Shown piece by piece: positions 61,532-64,000 of a DNA stretch of 64,000 nucleotides (position 1 is its first letter; the number at the start of each line of letters is the position of its first letter). The position numbers were made by a program, and so were the translations under genes. The notes under the pieces are model-generated. The model was not told the DNA's origin. It made no database searches and saw only the letters and a program-made list of their open reading frames with translations. This DNA comes from Oopsacas minuta. Its lineage: Eukaryota; Animalia; Porifera. The stretch covers positions 186,001 through 250,000 of the forward strand of contig JAKMXF010000316.1 in assembly GCA_024704765.1 (NCBI GenBank), in the 5' to 3' direction.

Positions 61532-64000
61532 CTTTAAATTGATAAGTAAAGGTTAAATAGGTTATCAAGTTACTGAACTTGTATGCTACCTCGTAATATG
61601 CAGTATATATAAAGAATTATTGAGTTACATTGGTGTAAAATTACCATGTAGTTACATCACATTGTATCGTAGCAACGTAGATGTGAGAATGGAATTCGAC
61701 AAATTTAATATGTTGCGCAATGAAGTCGCATTTGTACTTTGAATATAATGTTTATATTACTTGATAAGAATATATACTAAAAATTCAGGGTGCAAACCAG
61801 TGGAAACAAAATTTGCTGCCACCAAAATATGACCGATGACCAAGAGAAATTTCTACAAATTTACCCAGTATTGTATCCTTAATATCTGATCAAACCTTGC
61901 GTTCCTGAAGAATATGAATGATATATTCAATTTCAGCGCACTCACTTTGCTTGGAAAGCATGTAAAAAACAATAGTATGCATCATAAATTCAGCAGATTA
62001 CTGAAATAGCTTAAGTCATATATATAATGAATGTATAAACATAGAATACAGCAGTAAAGTCCTACATTTGATTGACCACAAAAATAGAAATACTTAACCA
62101 TATCATGTGATATTTTACATATTGCTCATTGAATATATCTAGAATCTAATTCATAATTCAAAATGGTATAAATAGAAAGATTTTGGGCCTAATGCACCCT
62201 AGTAGCTCACCGTGTGCTAATGGAGCACATTTATCACTTGAGTAAAGGTTTCATATAAGATATTCATATATTATTTCACAACTTAGTGAGATGGATCAGT
62301 GGCATAGCAGACCGGGCTGGTTGCGTGAGTCAGGAACCAGCCCGATCCCCCAAGTACCCCAGTTCGTGCTATATATTGTGATCTATATGGGAATTGATAA
62401 TAACTTTGCTCATGTATGGGCATTTTGACATTTAGACTTGTTAAATACGTACAATGACTAATTTTGTCAAATATGGTGATGTAATTCCATAATTTTTCAA
62501 ACTGTGCCTTGACAAACGTAATCTAAGTCCAACTACCAGATTGAGAAACGGTCGCAGAGTATTCATTTCTCTCACAACACTACCGCAACAAACACTTAGA
62601 TCCATTAGATCTTGGACCATGAATGCAGACCTGTGCATCACAAAAGCTCTGGTTACGCCAATGAGATGGATATCAAAGAGAATATCTATCGAATAAACCA
62701 GTTATAGATTTTGGGAACCTGGTATAAGTGCTGAAATTAGTCGACAATCAAGAGATAATGTAATATTTAACGAAAGGCTGAGGGTTAAATTGGAGCTGAA
62801 TTCGCAACCTTGATAATCCGAACTCGTTGGATCCTGTAATAAGAGTTCTGATAATAGATGTCGTTGAGGCACAGTGGAAAAGGAAGTGGGGCCAGGGCAT
62901 ATTCGGAAAATCGAGGTTGTACTGATTTCGGAGTCTGAAATTGTACAGATTTCGTCCCAAATCGTTAATTCCCAAATTTCATCAGTTTTATGGCATACTA
63001 CTAATATGAAGGGATAATACCCTCATAAGCTCTCAACATATGTAGCAAGTAAGATATCGAACTCCAGATAAATGGAAGGTATAATTCAAGTCCCTTAAGA
63101 TTCGATATAGCTATAGGATAATGTATAAAACAGTGATTATTTAGGTGGAAAGAGGCTTAATTTTTAGAATATTAGACGTTTGCTTCAATTATCTCAGTTG
63201 ATTTAACATGTCTTCAATGTAGAAATACATAAATTCATTATGAATGAACAAGTGTATTGGTTGTTGTGAAAACAAATATCTGCACATTTCTGTTGCTTGA
63301 AATTTGCGGTTTATCAGAATTGATCAAGATGTATTAGTGGAATTTCACTATGGTTACTTGGTAGGAACTTTTATTAGAGTTACTGAAATATGTACATTGA
63401 AGTATTAAATGTAAATATTATACTAAATTACATTAGCTTTGTGTTTGAATCTACAACCTTATAAACTTGATGACAATTTAAAGATAATTTTTCACGGCCA
63501 CATAATATTTGATGAAAATTGTTGTGGTGTTTCGTGGCGTGAACTCACAATGGTTAAAAAATAGATGTTGATAGTATATTTAAAAAATAATTTAACCTGC
63601 ACAAGTGCGCACGAAGTGGAAAATTACATATACTTGCATAGGACTAACAAAATATCTAAATAATACACTACATTAAATTTATTTGTAAAATCAATAATAG
63701 TGGTGATTCGAATGAGAAATTAGAGCTGAGCGGCATATACAGACCTGATATTTGTTAATCACTACCATTTTTCTTTAACTGATAGTGGATGATAAAGACT
63801 AACATATTTGAAAATGGAATATTTACACCAAACAAAATAAAGTATTTCACTGTCTAACCTCTCATTTGACAAGACATCATTTCATAACTTATTTGGTAAA
63901 TTGCAATAGTTTAGGGTGGAATTTCATACCGGAAACTAGAAATTATCCAAATTTCTATCTTGTTTGTAATAAAATTATTGAACAAGTGAGTTGCTAATAT

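Noticed and set aside
62872-62878. CACAGTG (RSS heptamer-like) as a terminus of the RAG1-like element, paired with TACAGTG at about 58091
   Set aside because: No similarity beyond the heptamer, no nonamer at 12 or 23 bp, and no 5-bp TSD. Such a 7-mer is expected by chance.
1-64000. CRISPR arrays, rRNA, tRNA, prokaryotic operons or defence systems
   Set aside because: No regularly spaced repeat-spacer arrays, cloverleaf or rRNA-like stretches, or Shine-Dalgarno-linked gene clusters. Spliceosomal introns and eukaryotic TEs dominate.

Overview
AT-rich eukaryotic, probably animal, genomic DNA. No prokaryotic features, rRNA, tRNA or CRISPR arrays were seen. The backbone is one minus-strand host locus resembling CFAP46/TTC40, a ciliary central-apparatus protein. 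Its three central exons (50547-50912, 28369-28689, 15694-19641) have canonical internal splice junctions and join in frame into about 1,540 uninterrupted codons. Its 5' part (about 56.7-58.0 kb) and probable 3' part (about 10.1-11.2 kb) are broken by stops and frameshifts. The introns and flanks hold mostly dead DNA transposons from many groups: Chapaev3-like, piggyBac, mariner, Tc1 DD34E, DD37E (TRT-like), DD37D (maT), pogo/Tigger, two hAT groups, MULE, GIN/KRBA2-like integrases, Helitron-like and MITE repeats, plus one LINE fragment. Several are nested. The best leads are: (1) two RAG1-core-like (Transib superfamily) transposase remnants, one retaining all three catalytic and four Zn-binding residues; (2) the intact-centre, dead-ends state of CFAP46; (3) a piggyBac gene apparently split by a 3.85-kb GT-AG intron. 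All protein assignments come from manual translation and recalled family motifs, not from database searches. The repeat content reminds me of a hexactinellid sponge such as Oopsacas minuta, but that is an unverified inference.
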